Origin: Eledone cirrhosa
Taxonomy: Eukaryota
DNA: 64,000 bases
Direction of reading: 5' to 3'
Assembly (NCBI GenBank): GCA_964016885.1
Contig: OZ024744.1
Location: forward strand, 112,220,001 to 112,284,000
Below the pieces are notes generated by a model. That model was not told the origin of the DNA. It made no database searches and saw nothing but the letters and a program-made list of their open reading frames with translations. A program made the translations under genes and the position numbers. Positions 1 through 13,225 of this stretch are shown piece by piece. Within the stretch, counting starts at the first letter, position 1; every line of letters begins with the position of its first letter.

Positions 1-302
1 GTAGTCAATAGTTACAGTTATACTCTGGGGTTACAGCTATACTATGGGGTTAGCTATCTGCTGGATGCTCTCCATTGTGCTATCTTCTAAATCATGTTTA
101 TTAGTACTCTCTTGTGAGGGTGTTCTTATTACTATATTGATATTGTCTACGTAACGAGAGTACATGATGAGGTCTATGGAGCTCTCTTTAAGGAGTGCTC
201 TGAGTCTCCTATCCCACCATACAATAAATAGATTGGCAACATCGCCAGCTATGCTGACACCAATGGCTGCTCCCTCATTCTGGGTGTATATATAACCATC
301 CT
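1..302 (-). mobile_element. Penelope-like (Naiad/Chlamys-type) reverse transcriptase fragment, degenerate
   Basis: Manual minus-strand translation DGYIYTQNEGAAIGVSIAGDVANLFIVWWDRRL...MYSRYVDNINI...STMESIQQIAN...SITVTIDY matches PLE RT motifs (QxxGxxIG, RYVDD, TM..I..IAN, VTxD). Not in the ORF track; runs off the window. Confidence 0.75.
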
Positions 303-2780
303 CTCGTACGCAGGGAGAAACCTGGCTTTGTCAACAGAGGAAGCAGCTCCCTAAACTTCTTCCAACGTGTCCTTATTCTAGATACTATGGCCTCGGAACC
401 CCCCCCCCCCCCCCCCTTCCATGCTAATCTGATCACCTAGGTACTGGAAGCTATCAACCACTTTTATAGAACCCGCCTGTATTGGAAAAATGTGTCTATC
501 ACTGCTATTACTACTGCTAACTTTCCCTGTACATCTACTGGATACATAGTTTTCCCTACCTGTTAGTTTGCCTGCTATCCCACATCATCTCTTGTGTACC
601 CAAGATCTGCATTGCGTACATTTTATGAAATTTATGCCATTTCCCCGATGGAATCAGAGTATTGTCCTCTCTTCTACTTATCAACACTTTTGTTTTAGCT
701 AGGTTCACTCTCAGGCCTCTTGATTCCAACTGCTGTTTCCATAGCCAGAATTTATTCTCTAGCTCCTCTACTGATTCTGATAGAGAAGTTCCCATGGGCA
801 GCCAGTCTTAAACTCCTCTGTTATGGCTTGGGGGACTATAATGAACAAGAGCAGGCTGAGGACTGGAATTCTTCATCTGGAATTCTTCACTAAACTCCAT
901 TCCTATTCTCACTTTGCTGATAGCACCCCTGTACATAGCTTACACTGTCCTCACAAGCCATTCCTCTACACCTAGTTTCCTTAGGGACCACCAGATTACA
1001 GATCGAGGTACCCTATCAAAGGTCTTCTCTAGGTCAACAAAAGCTAAGTATAGTGGCTTATTCTTCTTTAAGATCTTCTCTGGTAGTTGTCTCACTAAGA
1101 AGAGGGCATCTGTTGTACTTTTCCCATGCACAAAACCAAACTGCATCTCATCTAATTTGACCCTTTCTCTAATCAGTTGCACTAATATTCTCTCTGCCAC
1201 TTTTATAACCTAATCCATCAGTTTTATGCCCCTATAATTGCTCCTCTGTAGAGCATCCCCTTTACCTTTGTAGCAATTTATGAGAATACTGCTGCACCAG
1301 TATTTGGGTATGACACCACCATATATAGCTTGATTGATGATGCGTGCAACTAGTTTAGTGCCTACATCGCCTGATGCCTTTAGTATCTCAGCAACTATCC
1401 CTGACGGTCCAGCAACCTTACCATTTTTCATTTCCTTAATTGTCTCTTGTACCCTATATTCGTCAATCTCAATAGCTGGTCCCTCTGTCGGATCTACTGG
1501 GGGTTATTTCTCTCTCTCCCATTCATTCTCCACATTCATCAGTCTCTCATAATGACATTTCCAGGCCTCCTTTTTTCTTATCATTCGTGACATTGTGTAC
1601 ACCGGCATCATTCCAGACACACTTATCTCCAACTATATCCTGATTTGCATTGACACACTGCCTTGCAATGCAGAACACCGCACATCTCTGATCTTCCCAT
1701 CGCAGAACATTGGCAAATCTCCTTCTCTCAGCCTTCCTACGTGCTAAGTGCACCTGATGTCTAGCTTCTCTCTCAGCAGCTGTGAATCCTTCTCTACTCC
1801 CACCCCTTTTCCAAGCCTTCCATGCTAGTCTTTTGTCTCTAATGGCCCTATCTACCGTGCTGTTCCACCATGAGGTCACTCTCTGTCTGGTTGAAGTTCT
1901 GTCTCAACCACAAGTTTCTTCAGTAGCCTGCAGCAAGTTGTCACAAGAAATTCCAGTTATCATCTATGTCATATGATTCTAAATCGTCTTCTTTTTCATC
2001 ATACACATCTTGAAGGGCTTTGCTGAATTTATATTTTAATGAAAGGTCTTTTAGCTTCCAGACCTTTCTTTTCCACACCTTCCTGTATGTCTCATTCTTT
2101 CTCTTGCTTACTGAGATGTCACTAATGACTAACCTATGCTGTGGGGTACATTCTTCCCCGGGGTATGCCTTAGTATTTGACACCATCTGTATGTCTCGCT
2201 GTCTAACTAGCAGGAAGTCAATCTGGCTTATGTGCTCGCCTGATTTGTAGGTTATTAGGTGGTTGGTAGGCTTCTGGAAGTTAGTGTTGCAAATGGTTAG
2301 TGCATTTGCATCACAACATTCAAGAAGCCTCACTCCATTTCTTGAGCCGTAACCGTGCCCACCATGTACCCCAGTGTATCCATCCTGGAGCTGTCCAACA
2401 TGTCCAGTGAAGTCCCCCGCTAGCATAACGATGTCTCTGTCCTCTGTCATTGAGGCTGTTTCTAAAAGTTGCTCGTAAAAGCAGTCTTTCTCTTCTTTAC
2501 CTAGGCCTGCCTGGGGAGCATAAGCAGAGATGATTGTCAGTAGTCTCCTGCCTACAACTAATCTAAGCTTAATTATGCTATTATTAACTCTAACTACCTC
2601 TATTGTCTTATTGATCCATCTCTCAGCAAGTAATATGCCCACCCCACCTAACCCATCATCATTACTCACCCAGAAAAGCTTATAACTACGATGTTTGCCT
2701 GCGATTAGTCTTGCAGAGGCACCTCTCCATCTCACCTCTTGCACACATCCACATGCCTTCTCTCCAGCATCTCCACTATC
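303..2780 (-). mobile_element. RTE-clade LINE, fragmented APE endonuclease plus RT
   Basis: ORFs 1941-2744 (QEVRWRG, SAYAPQ, GDF, IDFLL, QHRLV), 1210-1431 (KVAGPSG, NYRGIKL), 940-1200 (QFGF, AFVDLEKTFD) and 556-795; RIRT.WKKFRELL near 330-390; many frameshifts. Confidence 0.92.
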
Positions 2781-3100
2781 TCACCAGATCTACCTGTGAG
2801 AGTGCCATGAGGTCACTAACTATTAAGTTATGTTGGGAGGTGCATTCTTCGCAAGGGAGGGACTTAGTGTTCAAAACAGACACTCTGTCTCGTTTTCTAG
2901 TAAGGATATAATCTACCTGGCTGGTGTGCTCCCCTGATCTGTATACATATATACATATATATACATCTAGAAACTGACCAATGAGAATCAAGACTATTCC
3001 TGCTGAAAACATTAATTTATTCCTAACAAGCTCATATGTCCCAAGGCTCTGATACCATCAACACTATAAACACAGAGCTGGCATATCTAAGAACTGACTA

Positions 3101-3156
3101 ACTGCCTGATGAGGTCATAGCCATTCAATGGCTATCATCGAAATATATATAGCAGT
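3101..3156 (+). ncRNA. Type I hammerhead ribozyme, intact core, in PLE-type pLTR piece (about 2965-3202)
   Basis: actgc-CTGATGA-ggtcatagccat(tca)atggctatcatc-GAAA-tatata-TA-gcagt: 5-bp stem I, long stem II, palindromic short stem III, AATAAA just after. Confidence 0.8.
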
Positions 3157-3202
3157 AAATAAAGGATTATGAGTTCATGCGATTGACTTATGTTTCGTCA
3201 CT

Positions 3203-3297
3203 ATATACACATATATATAGATACATATATATAGTTACATATATATATATTACATCTATATAGATACACACACACATATATATATATATTACATATA

Positions 3298-3328
<31 letters not shown>

Positions 3329-3666
3329 TACATATTTATATACATATATATATATATACATATATTACATATATATATATATACATATATTACATATATA
3401 TATACATATATTACATATATATATACATTACATATATATATACATATATTACATATATATATACATATATTACATATATTACATATATATATATATTACA
3501 TACATATATTACATATATATATATATATATACATATATTACATATATATATATATATATATACATATATTACATATATATATACATATATTACATATATA
3601 TATATATATATAAATATATTACATATATATATACATATATTACATATATATATTACACATTTATAG

Positions 3667-3721
<55 letters not shown>

Positions 3722-3740
3722 CATATAAATGTATATACAT
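3203..3740. repeat. Compound (TA)n/(TACA)n microsatellite
   Basis: Direct inspection; explains ORF 3411-3740. Confidence 0.95.
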
Positions 3741-3887
3741 CCAGCCTTTCCTTCTCTATCAGCACCACAACTCAACCTGATTTACCCTCTAGGGTGCCAA
3801 TATTGAGAATGGTAGGATTGAGATTAGTTGCTTGAGTAGCAGTTCTTTGTACATGGAATGAATTAAAACCATTATTTAAGCAACACC

Positions 3888-4080
3888 TAGGGCAGTGGAT
3901 TGGCAGTATTGGTAGAGGGTCGGTCGCCATGCTTTCCAGCATAGTTACGTCCCTTTACAATCTGAGTTAAAATCCCGCCGAGGTTGACTTTGCCTTTCAT
4001 CCTTACGGGGTCGATAGAATAAAGTACCAGTAATGCACTGAGATAATTGCTGACCTTGTGCCTAAAGTAGAAACAATTAT
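3888..4080 (+). mobile_element. tRNA-derived SINE family A with 17-bp TSD
   Basis: A box tggcagtattgg, degenerate B box gagttaaaatc, tail gcctaaagtagaaacaattat; TSD attatttaagcaacacc at 3871-3887 and 4076-4092. Confidence 0.88.
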
Positions 4081-4304
4081 TTAAGCAACACCCTGTTCTA
4101 TCGATTCTGCAAAGTTATCTTTGCAGGATTTGAACTCACAACATAAAGGACTATAAGGAAATACTGCAGACATTGTGTCTGATGCTCTAATCATTCTGCC
4201 AATCCACTGACATGAGTGAATGAGGCAAAATATAAACAAAATTATTAAAATTGAGTTGGATCTAAAATTTATAATAGAAAATTTTAGTATGATCTTAATA
4301 CTCT

Positions 4305-5016
4305 TCACAGCAATGTTACCCAGAGATCAGAGAGACACTCCAGGTAGAACAGCTTATTTTGCCTGTAAAACCTATTTCGTTTTTCAAATCTTCTGATCCT
4401 TTGAGCTTTCAGCTGAACTTTCTGTTTCAGGGTTTCTTTGATTGATGGAATATCAGACTTTGAAGTTACATTGTATTTCTTAATCACTTTCCTTCCTTTT
4501 CTTGACAGACTTCCCACCACATATTTCATCCAGGATCAATATTTCTTCCCACGTCATTTCAAAATCATTTTCAATTTTTAACTTCCAGGGTGGTTTTTTG
4601 TGGGGGAATGTTGTGTCTTTTTTGCTTTTTCTTTAACCCACATTTCCTCTCTATTACAGTTGCTGCTGCATAACCTCATTTAGTTCTGATATATCAGGCT
4701 GAATCTCCTCAATTATTGCTTTAACAGCCTGATTTCCAGTTCTCATGTGTTTTTATTCTGGTTGTTACTTGTCAATTTTTGCAAGGACCCTCGTTCACCC
4801 ATACTAATGTTTTTATTTTTCCAAGTTCATTGAGAATTTCTTGTTTTGCCTTCTCTATCTGATCTTTATGTCATCAGTAGAAGTACCCTTATCCATATTG
4901 TCATCCTACCCTTCAGCTTGACCCTGCTCTGTTTCTGATATCCTCAATGGTCCATGGAATCTTTCCTGAGGATTTCTTTCCCTCCATATCCTAAAGTAAT
5001 TTACTAAGTATTTTGA
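4305..5016 (-). mobile_element. R4/Dong-like LINE N-terminal ORF fragment
   Basis: IKETLKQKVQLKAQRIRRFEKRNRFYRQNKLF and IWRERNP resemble pre-RT regions of R4-clade elements. Confidence 0.7.
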
Positions 5017-5017
5017 T

Positions 5018-6485
5018 TCTGTGTGGGTATTACCCCTTTCCTTTACTTGATGTAAGCTCTGTGTGGGTATTACCCCTTTCCCTTACTTGATGTAAGCCCT
5101 GTGTGGTTATTACCCCTTTCCTTTACTTGATGTAACCTCTGTGTGGGTATTACCCCTTTCCTTTACTTGATGTAAGCTCTGTGTGGGTATTACCTTTTCC
5201 TTACTTGATGTAAGCCCTGTGTGGATAATACCCCTTTCCCTTACTTGATGTAAGCCCTGTGTGGGTATTACCCCTTTCCTTTACTTGATGTAAGCCCTGT
5301 GTGGGTATTACCCCTTTCCTTTACTTGATGTAAGCTCTGTGTGGGTATTACCCCTTTCCCTTACTTGATGTAAGCTCTGTGTGGTTATTACCCCTTTCCT
5401 TTACTTGATGTAAGCCCTGTGTGGGTATTACCCCTTTCCTTTACTTGATGTAAGCCCTGTGTGGGTATTACCCCTTTCCTTTACTTGATGTAAGCCCTGT
5501 GTGGGTATTACCCCTTTCTCTTACTTGATGTAAGCCCTGTGTGGTTATTACCTTTCCCTTACTTGATGTAAGCCCTGTGTGGGTATTACCTTTTCCTTTA
5601 CTTGATGTAAGCCCTGTGTGGTTATTACCCCTTTCCCTTACTTGATGTAAGCCCTGTGTGGTTATTACCCCTTTCCTTTACTTGATGTAAGCCCTGTGTG
5701 GGTATTACCCCTTTCCTTACTTGATGTAAGCCCTGTGTGGTTATTACCCCTTTCCTTTACTTGATGTAAGCCCTGTGTGGGTATTACCCCTTTCCTTACT
5801 TGATGTAAGCCCTGTGTGGTTATTACCCCTTTCCTTTACTTGATGTAAGCCCTGTGTGGGTATTACCCCTTTCCCTTACTTGATGTAAGCCCTGTGTGGT
5901 TATTACCTTTCCCTTACTTGATGTAAGCCCTGTGTGGGTATTACCTTTTCCTTTACTTGATGTAAGCCCTGTGTGGTTATTACCCCTTTCCCTTACTTGA
6001 TGTAAGCCCTGTGTGGTTATTACCCCTTTCCCTTACTTGATGTAAGCCCTGTGTGGTTATTACCCCTTTCCTTTACTTGATGTAAGCCCTGTGTGGGTAT
6101 TACCCCTTTCCTTTACTTGATGTAAGCCCTGTGTGGTTATTACCCCTTTCCTTTACTTGATGTAAGCCCTGTGTGGTTATTACCCCTTTCCTTTACTTGA
6201 TGTAAGCCCTGTGTGGTTATTACCCCTTTCCTTTACTTGATGTAAGCCCTGTGTGGTTATTACCCCTTTCCTTTACTTGATGTAAGCTCTGTGTGGGTAT
6301 TACCCCTTTCCCTTACTTGATGTAAGCCCTGTGTGGTTATTACCCCTTTCCCTTACTTGATGTAAGCCCTGTGTGGTTATTACCCCTTTCCTTTACTTGA
6401 TGTAAGCCCTGTGTGGTTATTACCCCTTTCCTTTACTTGATGTAAGCCCTGTGTGGTTATTACCCCTTTCCTTTACTTGATGTAA
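5018..6485. repeat. 40-bp minisatellite, about 36 copies
   Basis: Unit ctgtgtgggtattacccctttcctttacttgatgtaagcc repeated head-to-tail with few variants. Confidence 0.97.
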
Positions 6486-6825
6486 ATTCCAATCTGTGTT
6501 GTTTTTGTCCTCGTATTATTCCCAATTTCTTGGGCCCTTGTGGCCAATACAAGAAATCAGTATTATTATTATTATTTTGTTTTACTTTACCCTGACTGTC
6601 TTGGTAGCATTTAATAATGACTAAGTTCTCATGGTATGTGGTAGTGAAGGGGAGGGTCTTCCTATTTATTAATCATGTCCAAGGTCATATGGTAGCTGTA
6701 GGGATAGTGCTGAGGCAGGGAAGGATGGGGAGATTAAATACTGACAGTGGCTACATCTTGCCTCTGTTCTGTGTCGATATAAGTGTGTGTACGTGTGTAT
6801 GCATGTATGTATTGGTTTATATGTA

Positions 6826-6896
<71 letters not shown>

Positions 6897-7389
6897 ATGT
6901 AAACATGTGAGCTTGCACACACACGCACACACAGTCACTCACATATATGGAAGAAAGGCAGGAGTGTCAAACAATGGCGCTGCCTTACAAGTCTACATTG
7001 TTGCAAGGGAAAGTAAAGAAAGAATGCCATTGATGTAGGAAAGGAACAGGAAGTCAGAGATGATGTGAGTTGGAGGGAGAGAGGAAGCCTCTACATAGCT
7101 AATGATTAACCTGCTAGAAATATCAGTCAAGATATAGACAGACTAACCATACTAGCAGGAGAAATGCCCCATGGGTTGCTGCGATGAGTAAGAAATAAAA
7201 AGAGAGAAATAGAAGGAAAACCGTCACATAAACCTAAAATAATGGTCACTGCATAAAGATTGAAATAAAAAAGTATGTGTGTTAACTGAGCACCTCAGAT
7301 CCTCAACAGTCTAAGGGAAACATCTGGCAATACACACTATGATGGAATGGCCTGTAAGACTTGCCGTAACCATAACCATTTTGGGTTTT

Positions 7390-7630
7390 GTCTCACTGGA
7401 CAGCATTTTTGGCAAGTGTCTCCTACTAAAGCCTTGGGTTGAGCAATACTTTGAGTAGAATTTTGTAGACAGAAACTCTGTGAAAGCCCATCATATGTGT
7501 GTGTCTGTGACTGTGTTTACATTTACTGTTTGTTTATGTCCTGTAACTTAGTGGTTTGGCAAAAAGAGACTGATAAAATAAATACCAGACTTGAAAAACA
7601 TAGGTACTAGAGTCAATATGATTAACTGAA
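7390..7630 (+). mobile_element. Old SINE-like interspersed repeat
   Basis: gcaagtgtctcctact...ttagtggtttggcaaaa...gataaaataaataccag; similar segment near 32980-33125. Confidence 0.5.
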
Positions 7631-7741
7631 GCAAGTAAAAGAATAAGTACATTTGTTTTACAAATATAATGCAAAGTATACTTCTCTCTCTCTCTTGAAA
7701 CACTTAATAATTTAGAGGAAAATAGATTAAAAAATAGATTT

Positions 7742-8087
7742 CATCATCATCATCATTTCATTTTACGTCCACTTTTTCCCTGCTTGCAAGGGTGGGATGG
7801 GAACTGATTCTGGCTTGATTTCTACAGCTGGATGCCCTTCCTAACACCAACCTCATTTACAGTCAATGGTGGGTGCTTTTTCTACCGTGGCGCCTCCACG
7901 ACCACTTTGCAGTGGAATGATAGGGACCCCAGTCCCTATCATCTCATTTCTACAGCTGAGTAAACTGGAGCAATGTGAAATAAAGTGTCTTGCTCAAGGA
8001 AACAACACATCACCCGGTCTGAGAATTGAACTCACAACCTTTCGATTGCAAGGCCAATGCTCTAACCACTAAGCCATGTGCCTCCAC
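7742..8087 (-). mobile_element. tRNA-derived SINE family B with RTE-type (GAT)n tail
   Basis: Head ggcacatggcttagtggttagagc (A box), gagttcaattc (B box), ccttgagcaagacac block, tail matching the RTE 3' end at 32458-32520. Confidence 0.9.
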
Positions 8088-8449
8088 ATTTGATAATGCA
8101 AATAAACAATCTGAACTCAATCCCAACAGATATCTTAACGTTGTTTTCTATGTTTTGCCCTACCTCTTTTCCCAACCCTTATGTGTATACATTTGTACCT
8201 AGTTTCATAACTTGGTGTGACTCCTTCCTTTAATATATTATATTTTAGTATATTATGTTATATGTATATATGTTTTCTCATATATATTTTTTCTCGTATA
8301 TTTTTTCTTTTATATTCTTCACTCTTAAACCTTTTCCCCCTTATACTGTATGACTGTGAGCCTACCATAATTAACTCAACCCTAAAAAAAAACCTTTTCC
8401 AAACTTAAAGGTTTTTTTTTTAATAATATTTCATTGTTTTAGAGGTTTA

Positions 8450-8507
8450 CCGTGTGAGGAGCTCAGGCTGTCATAATTGATAGTCCTCAACGAAATGTAC
8501 ATTACGG
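8450..8507 (+). ncRNA. Degenerate hammerhead motif
   Basis: ccgt-GTGAGGA-stem II-GAAA-tgtaca-TT-acgg, then AATAAA; first core C is replaced by G. Confidence 0.55.
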
Positions 8508-9078
8508 ATTTTAATAAACCAAAACCAGATGAATATTGCCTCGGATTTTTTATTGATATCTAATGCTCCGGCTTACACTTTTATACAAGTCGTTGAGTGC
8601 TTTCTTTTATCTACTTCACAACCGACAGACCACTATAGGGTCCACACATCCTTACAATAAATCTAAACTATAATAAAGAAAGGAGTGCGGGACTGCGTCC
8701 AGAATATATTTTTTTACCTGATTTGTAAAATAAGTTGGATTACTTTGAATAAATAATGAATGAATATTACATAATTTATCCACTAAATTTTGTGGCTGTT
8801 GATTAAATATATTTTATAGCTTATTTAAAGATCTTTAAAATTCACTTCTTTAAAATTTTGAAATGTCAACACTTCCGGTTAGCGGCCGTTATATTATAAC
8901 ACTTTTAATCGCATATATTTCCATCGCTAATTTTCTCCTAATGCAGTTTATATATAATATCATCTTTTTTTTAATGTATCATGGATTACGTTACTGATTA
9001 CATAAAAGATGTAACACAGTCTCTCTTCAATTTCTGTGTATATTGTCAATTATGATTTTATTTGATGTATCATATCTA

Positions 9079-9413
9079 CATCATCATCATTTTACGTCCA
9101 CTTTACCCTGCATGCAAGGGTGGGACGGGAATTGATTCTGGCTTGATTTCTACAGCTGGATGCCCTTCCTAACACCAACCTCATTTACAGTGAGTGCTGG
9201 GTGCTTTCTTGCCGTGGCACCTCCACGTCTACGTTGCAGTGGAATGATAGGGACCCCAGTCCCTATCATCTCATTTCTACAGCTGAGTAAACTGGAGCAA
9301 TGTGAAATAAAGTGTCTTGCTCAAGGAAACAACACATCACCCGGTCTGAGAATTGAACTCACAAACTTACGATTGCAAGGCCAATGCTCTAACCACTAAG
9401 CCATGTGCCTCCA
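9079..9413 (-). mobile_element. SINE family B
   Basis: Near-identical to 7742-8087. Confidence 0.9.
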
Positions 9414-9475
9414 TGTATATATATTTGTGTATAATATCAATATACACCCTTGGGGTGGTTTTTCTGCTAGTATAT

Positions 9476-9667
9476 ATAATTGTTTCTACTTTAGGCACAA
9501 GGCCAGCAATTACCCAGTACATTACTGGCACTTTATTTTATCGACCTCGTAAGGTTGAAAGGCAAAGTTAAGCTCGGCGGGATTTGAACTCAGATTGTAA
9601 AGGGACGTAACTATGCTAGAAAGCATGGCGTCCGACCCTCTACTGATACTGCCAATTCACTGCCCTT
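9476..9667 (-). mobile_element. SINE family A
   Basis: Reverse complement of 3888-4080; flanked by tgctagtatat duplication. Confidence 0.88.
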
Positions 9668-9696
9668 TGCTAGTATATTTCACCCACTCTGCTAGT

Positions 9697-10015
9697 ATAA
9701 TAATAATGAAATTATTGTGTAAAGTGCTCAGGTGCACTACAACTCGTCAAAGGTGTATGTATAGTACATAGAATAATACACAAATGTCAGGAAGTACATG
9801 TGTGTATGTGTTAGCTGTAGTGTTGGCGGATCTCGGGAAGCATGGAGGCCTTAAAGGATGCAGTGTCTCGACAGCTAACAACTGATGCAGGTAGTTTGTT
9901 CCATGCTTCAGCAACTCTGAGCGTGAAAAAATGTTTCAGAAAGTCATGGGAACTGTGCTGTTTTCTAACTTTGTGGGCATGTCCACGTGTGTTAGACACA
10001 TGGAAATCAAAAAGT
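9697..10015 (-). mobile_element. CR1/L2-group LINE 3' fragment
   Basis: NTRGH..K....HFFTLRVAEAWNKLPASVV...SFK C-terminal motif followed by a 3' UTR and (TTA)n tail. Confidence 0.8.
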
Positions 10016-10432
10016 ATATATAATGACACCAGCAAGATATCTCAATGTTTTGAGATAAAAATCTGAAAAATCAGTTTGTAGAAGCTAAAGGCAGTATTGA
10101 ACATGTGTCGCATTCCCATTACACATGGAGGTCACTGGATTGACAGGGAGGTTTAATATATAAACCAGAGTTACATCACAGTAGAGGTCAGTAGAGTAAC
10201 AGTAATGTCAATGGTGGTGATAGTTATGATGGTGATTCTGGTGATACTGGTGTTGGTGATTGTAGTGATACTGGTTGATGGTGATGATAGTGGTGGTGGT
10301 GGTGATGGTGGTGATTGTGGTGATGGTGATTGTGATGGTGATGGTGATGATGATGATTGTGGTGATGGTGATGATTATAATGGTGGTGAGGATTTCCTTA
10401 TTATTTCTTTATTGTTTTCTTTTGTTTCTTTA

Positions 10433-10833
10433 TGTTATATATAATATACAGTAAATATTATAAATACAGGGGTAACAGTAATACATGTGGGGCTGGACAG
10501 ACAGTGTTATATATAATATACAGTAAATATTATAAATATAGGGGTAACAGTAATACATGTGGGACTGGACAGACAGTGTTATATATAATATACAGTAAAT
10601 ATTATAAATATAGGGGTAACAGTAATGCATGTGGGGTTGGACAGACAGTGTTATATAAAATATACAGTAAATATTATAAATATAGGGGTAACAGTAATGC
10701 ATGTGGGGCTGGAGAGACAGTGTTATATATAATATACAGTAAAAATTATAAATATAGGGGTAACAGTAATACATGTGGGGCTGGACAGACAGTGTTATAT
10801 AAAATATACAGTAAATATTATAAATATAGGGGT
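10433..10833. repeat. 72-bp minisatellite, about 5.5 copies
   Basis: Unit tgttatatataatatacagtaaatattataaatataggggtaacagtaatacatgtggggctggacagacag. Confidence 0.95.
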
Positions 10834-11789
10834 TATATTATATGTGGTGCTTGATGAATAAAGTTATAAAAGAACAGGAATAGGAGGCAAGGATGTTACA
10901 CTATAGTGAGAGGAATTTAATAAACTGAAATAAGTATGTTTTATTATAAAACACACAATAACTAATATCACATGTGTGGGAACCAACAAAGTCACGTGAA
11001 CACCTCATATTTCTCCTTGCCAACCATGAACCTACCAAAGATCATCAAAAATCTCTGCAAATAACAACAATTATAACAACAGAAAATCACGAATCCTTAA
11101 GAGGAGAGTGGAATACGTGAAACAATTGAAATGATATAAAAGAGAAAGGAGCAAAATAAGATTAAATATTTTAAAAAAATGCAAAACTAACTGGCATTTC
11201 TATATTTGGAGAAAAATATTTTGGTTTGGAATTATTTTGAGGAAATAAAAATAAAGAGAAGTACTTACTTTTATTTTTTTATAATTTTTGTTTTTGATTT
11301 CCTTTTTAATCTTGATTTAGGAGATTTTGTATCTTTTGTTTTTACAGGTTCTAAAAATCCGTTTTGTTTAAGTGGTGAGTGTCATCAATGCATTTGGGAT
11401 TCCTCATTGCCATGACAGATATAAAGGGACACCCTAGAATATAGAACAGAACAGAAAGAGAAAAGAGAAAAAAATTTGTTTTAATTAAAGGAAATACCAT
11501 ATGGCAGTTTGTAGGATTTATAACTTAATCATTTGTTAACATAAACTAATAAAAGAAACTGCATATATTGTTTCAAATAATTCTGAAAATAATAGTTAAC
11601 TTGCAAGGATTTAGTAACATAAGGTGCATGGCCTTGTGGTTAGAGTATTGGGTATCTTGTGTTCGTCTACAAAATACTTTATGTTGCACTTTCAGGCAGC
11701 TGTTGCAACTGTCTCAGCAGGGAAAAGGCCAAAGGAAACATTGTTTCTTTTGTCTGACCTGATGATCAGCTTCTTCTATATTTGTAATG

Positions 11790-12345
11790 TACCTTTCTCA
11801 TCATTAAGCTAATGTTTGGAATATACCTTATCAAAGGTTCTTATATAAAATTATGATGGAAGGTTTTTAGATAAATATAGGCATTTTAACCCTCTCTAAA
11901 AGGCAATGCCTCTGTTTCAAATCATTTAGAGGACAATCAACAATTTGAAGGTATTTAGTAACATAAACTTTCCTATTATCAAGTTGGTGTTTGGAACATA
12001 ACTTAACAAAGTTATAATAAAATTATAATAAAATTATGATGGAAGGTTTTTAGGTAAATATAAACACTTTAAAATAAACAATTTTGTATTATAGAACCAG
12101 GGGTGTTTGGAACATAACTTAAAGGTTCTTTCATGAAATTATGATGGAAGGTTTTATAGATAAATATAAACACTTCAAAATAAACAGTTTTATATTATAG
12201 AACTAGGGGTGTTTGGAACAAACTTAAAGGTTCTTCCATGAAATTATGATGGAAGGTTTTTAGATAAATATAAACACTTCAAAATAAACAGTTTTGTATT
12301 ATAGAACCAGGGATGGTTTCAGGTGGTTTGGTATGAAAAGGGTTC
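11790..12345. mobile_element. MITE-like repeat with internal ~118-bp tandem duplications
   Basis: gtttggaacataactt...aaattatgatggaaggttttt repeated 4 times, ending aaaagggtt; related copies near 33938-34165, 50075-50225 and 56510-56708. Confidence 0.7.
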
Positions 12346-12908
12346 TTGTAAAACGTCCAATATTAACAATACATTACAGAAGATGTTAAAGGTATATTAT
12401 CATAAAAAAAAAACTGTAGGCAGAGATTAAGATACATTATCATGAAGACAACAGATGATGTTAAAGGTACATTATCAATGACTAAAGGCAGAGTTTCTGA
12501 TACTTTATAGTGTAGATCATATAGAAAGGTCAAGTGAGATTATTATATAGACTATATACAAAAAAGGAATAATAACAAAAATAGGAGATAAGAAAAAAAA
12601 AAAATCTTTGACAATTTGATCTTGAAGGTTTGGGAGAATTACATAATAAAAATGACTTATAGAACACAAGATAGCAATGTATTGTATTTCTGTGTAAACA
12701 TTGGGAAGAGATTAAGAAAGAAGGAGAATGTTAGTTAGAGAGGGGGGGGGAGCCGGAAGAGTGGATGCGAAAACAAGTCCTTTACTATTGTTCTTCTGAC
12801 AACAATGGAGGAGACAATAGAGAAAAAGAAAAAGCATTTGAGGGAATGAAAGAGGCAGAGAGTGAGAAATGAATCAAAGAAAGAGTGGATAGTAAGAGAG
12901 AGAAGGAA

Positions 12909-12910
<2 letters not shown>

Positions 12911-12995
<85 letters not shown>

Positions 12996-13053
12996 TATAT
13001 ATATATAAATATATATATATATAAATATATATATATATAAATATATATATATA

Positions 13054-13123
<70 letters not shown>

Positions 13124-13157
13124 TAGATATAGATAGATAGACAGGCAGACAGACATG

Positions 13158-13223
<66 letters not shown>

Positions 13224-13225
13224 CA
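12911..13225. repeat. (TA)n and (GATA)n microsatellites
   Basis: Direct inspection. Confidence 0.95.

Noticed and set aside
5018-6485. CRISPR-like array of ~40-bp repeats
   Set aside because: Units are contiguous with no unique spacers, there are no cas genes, and the context is eukaryotic.
8871-8890. ETS-like promoter motif acttccgg
   Set aside because: Single short motif with no associated transcript evidence.
10430-10854. 24-aa repeat protein ORFs on both strands
   Set aside because: Consequence of a 72-bp unit length; no coding context.
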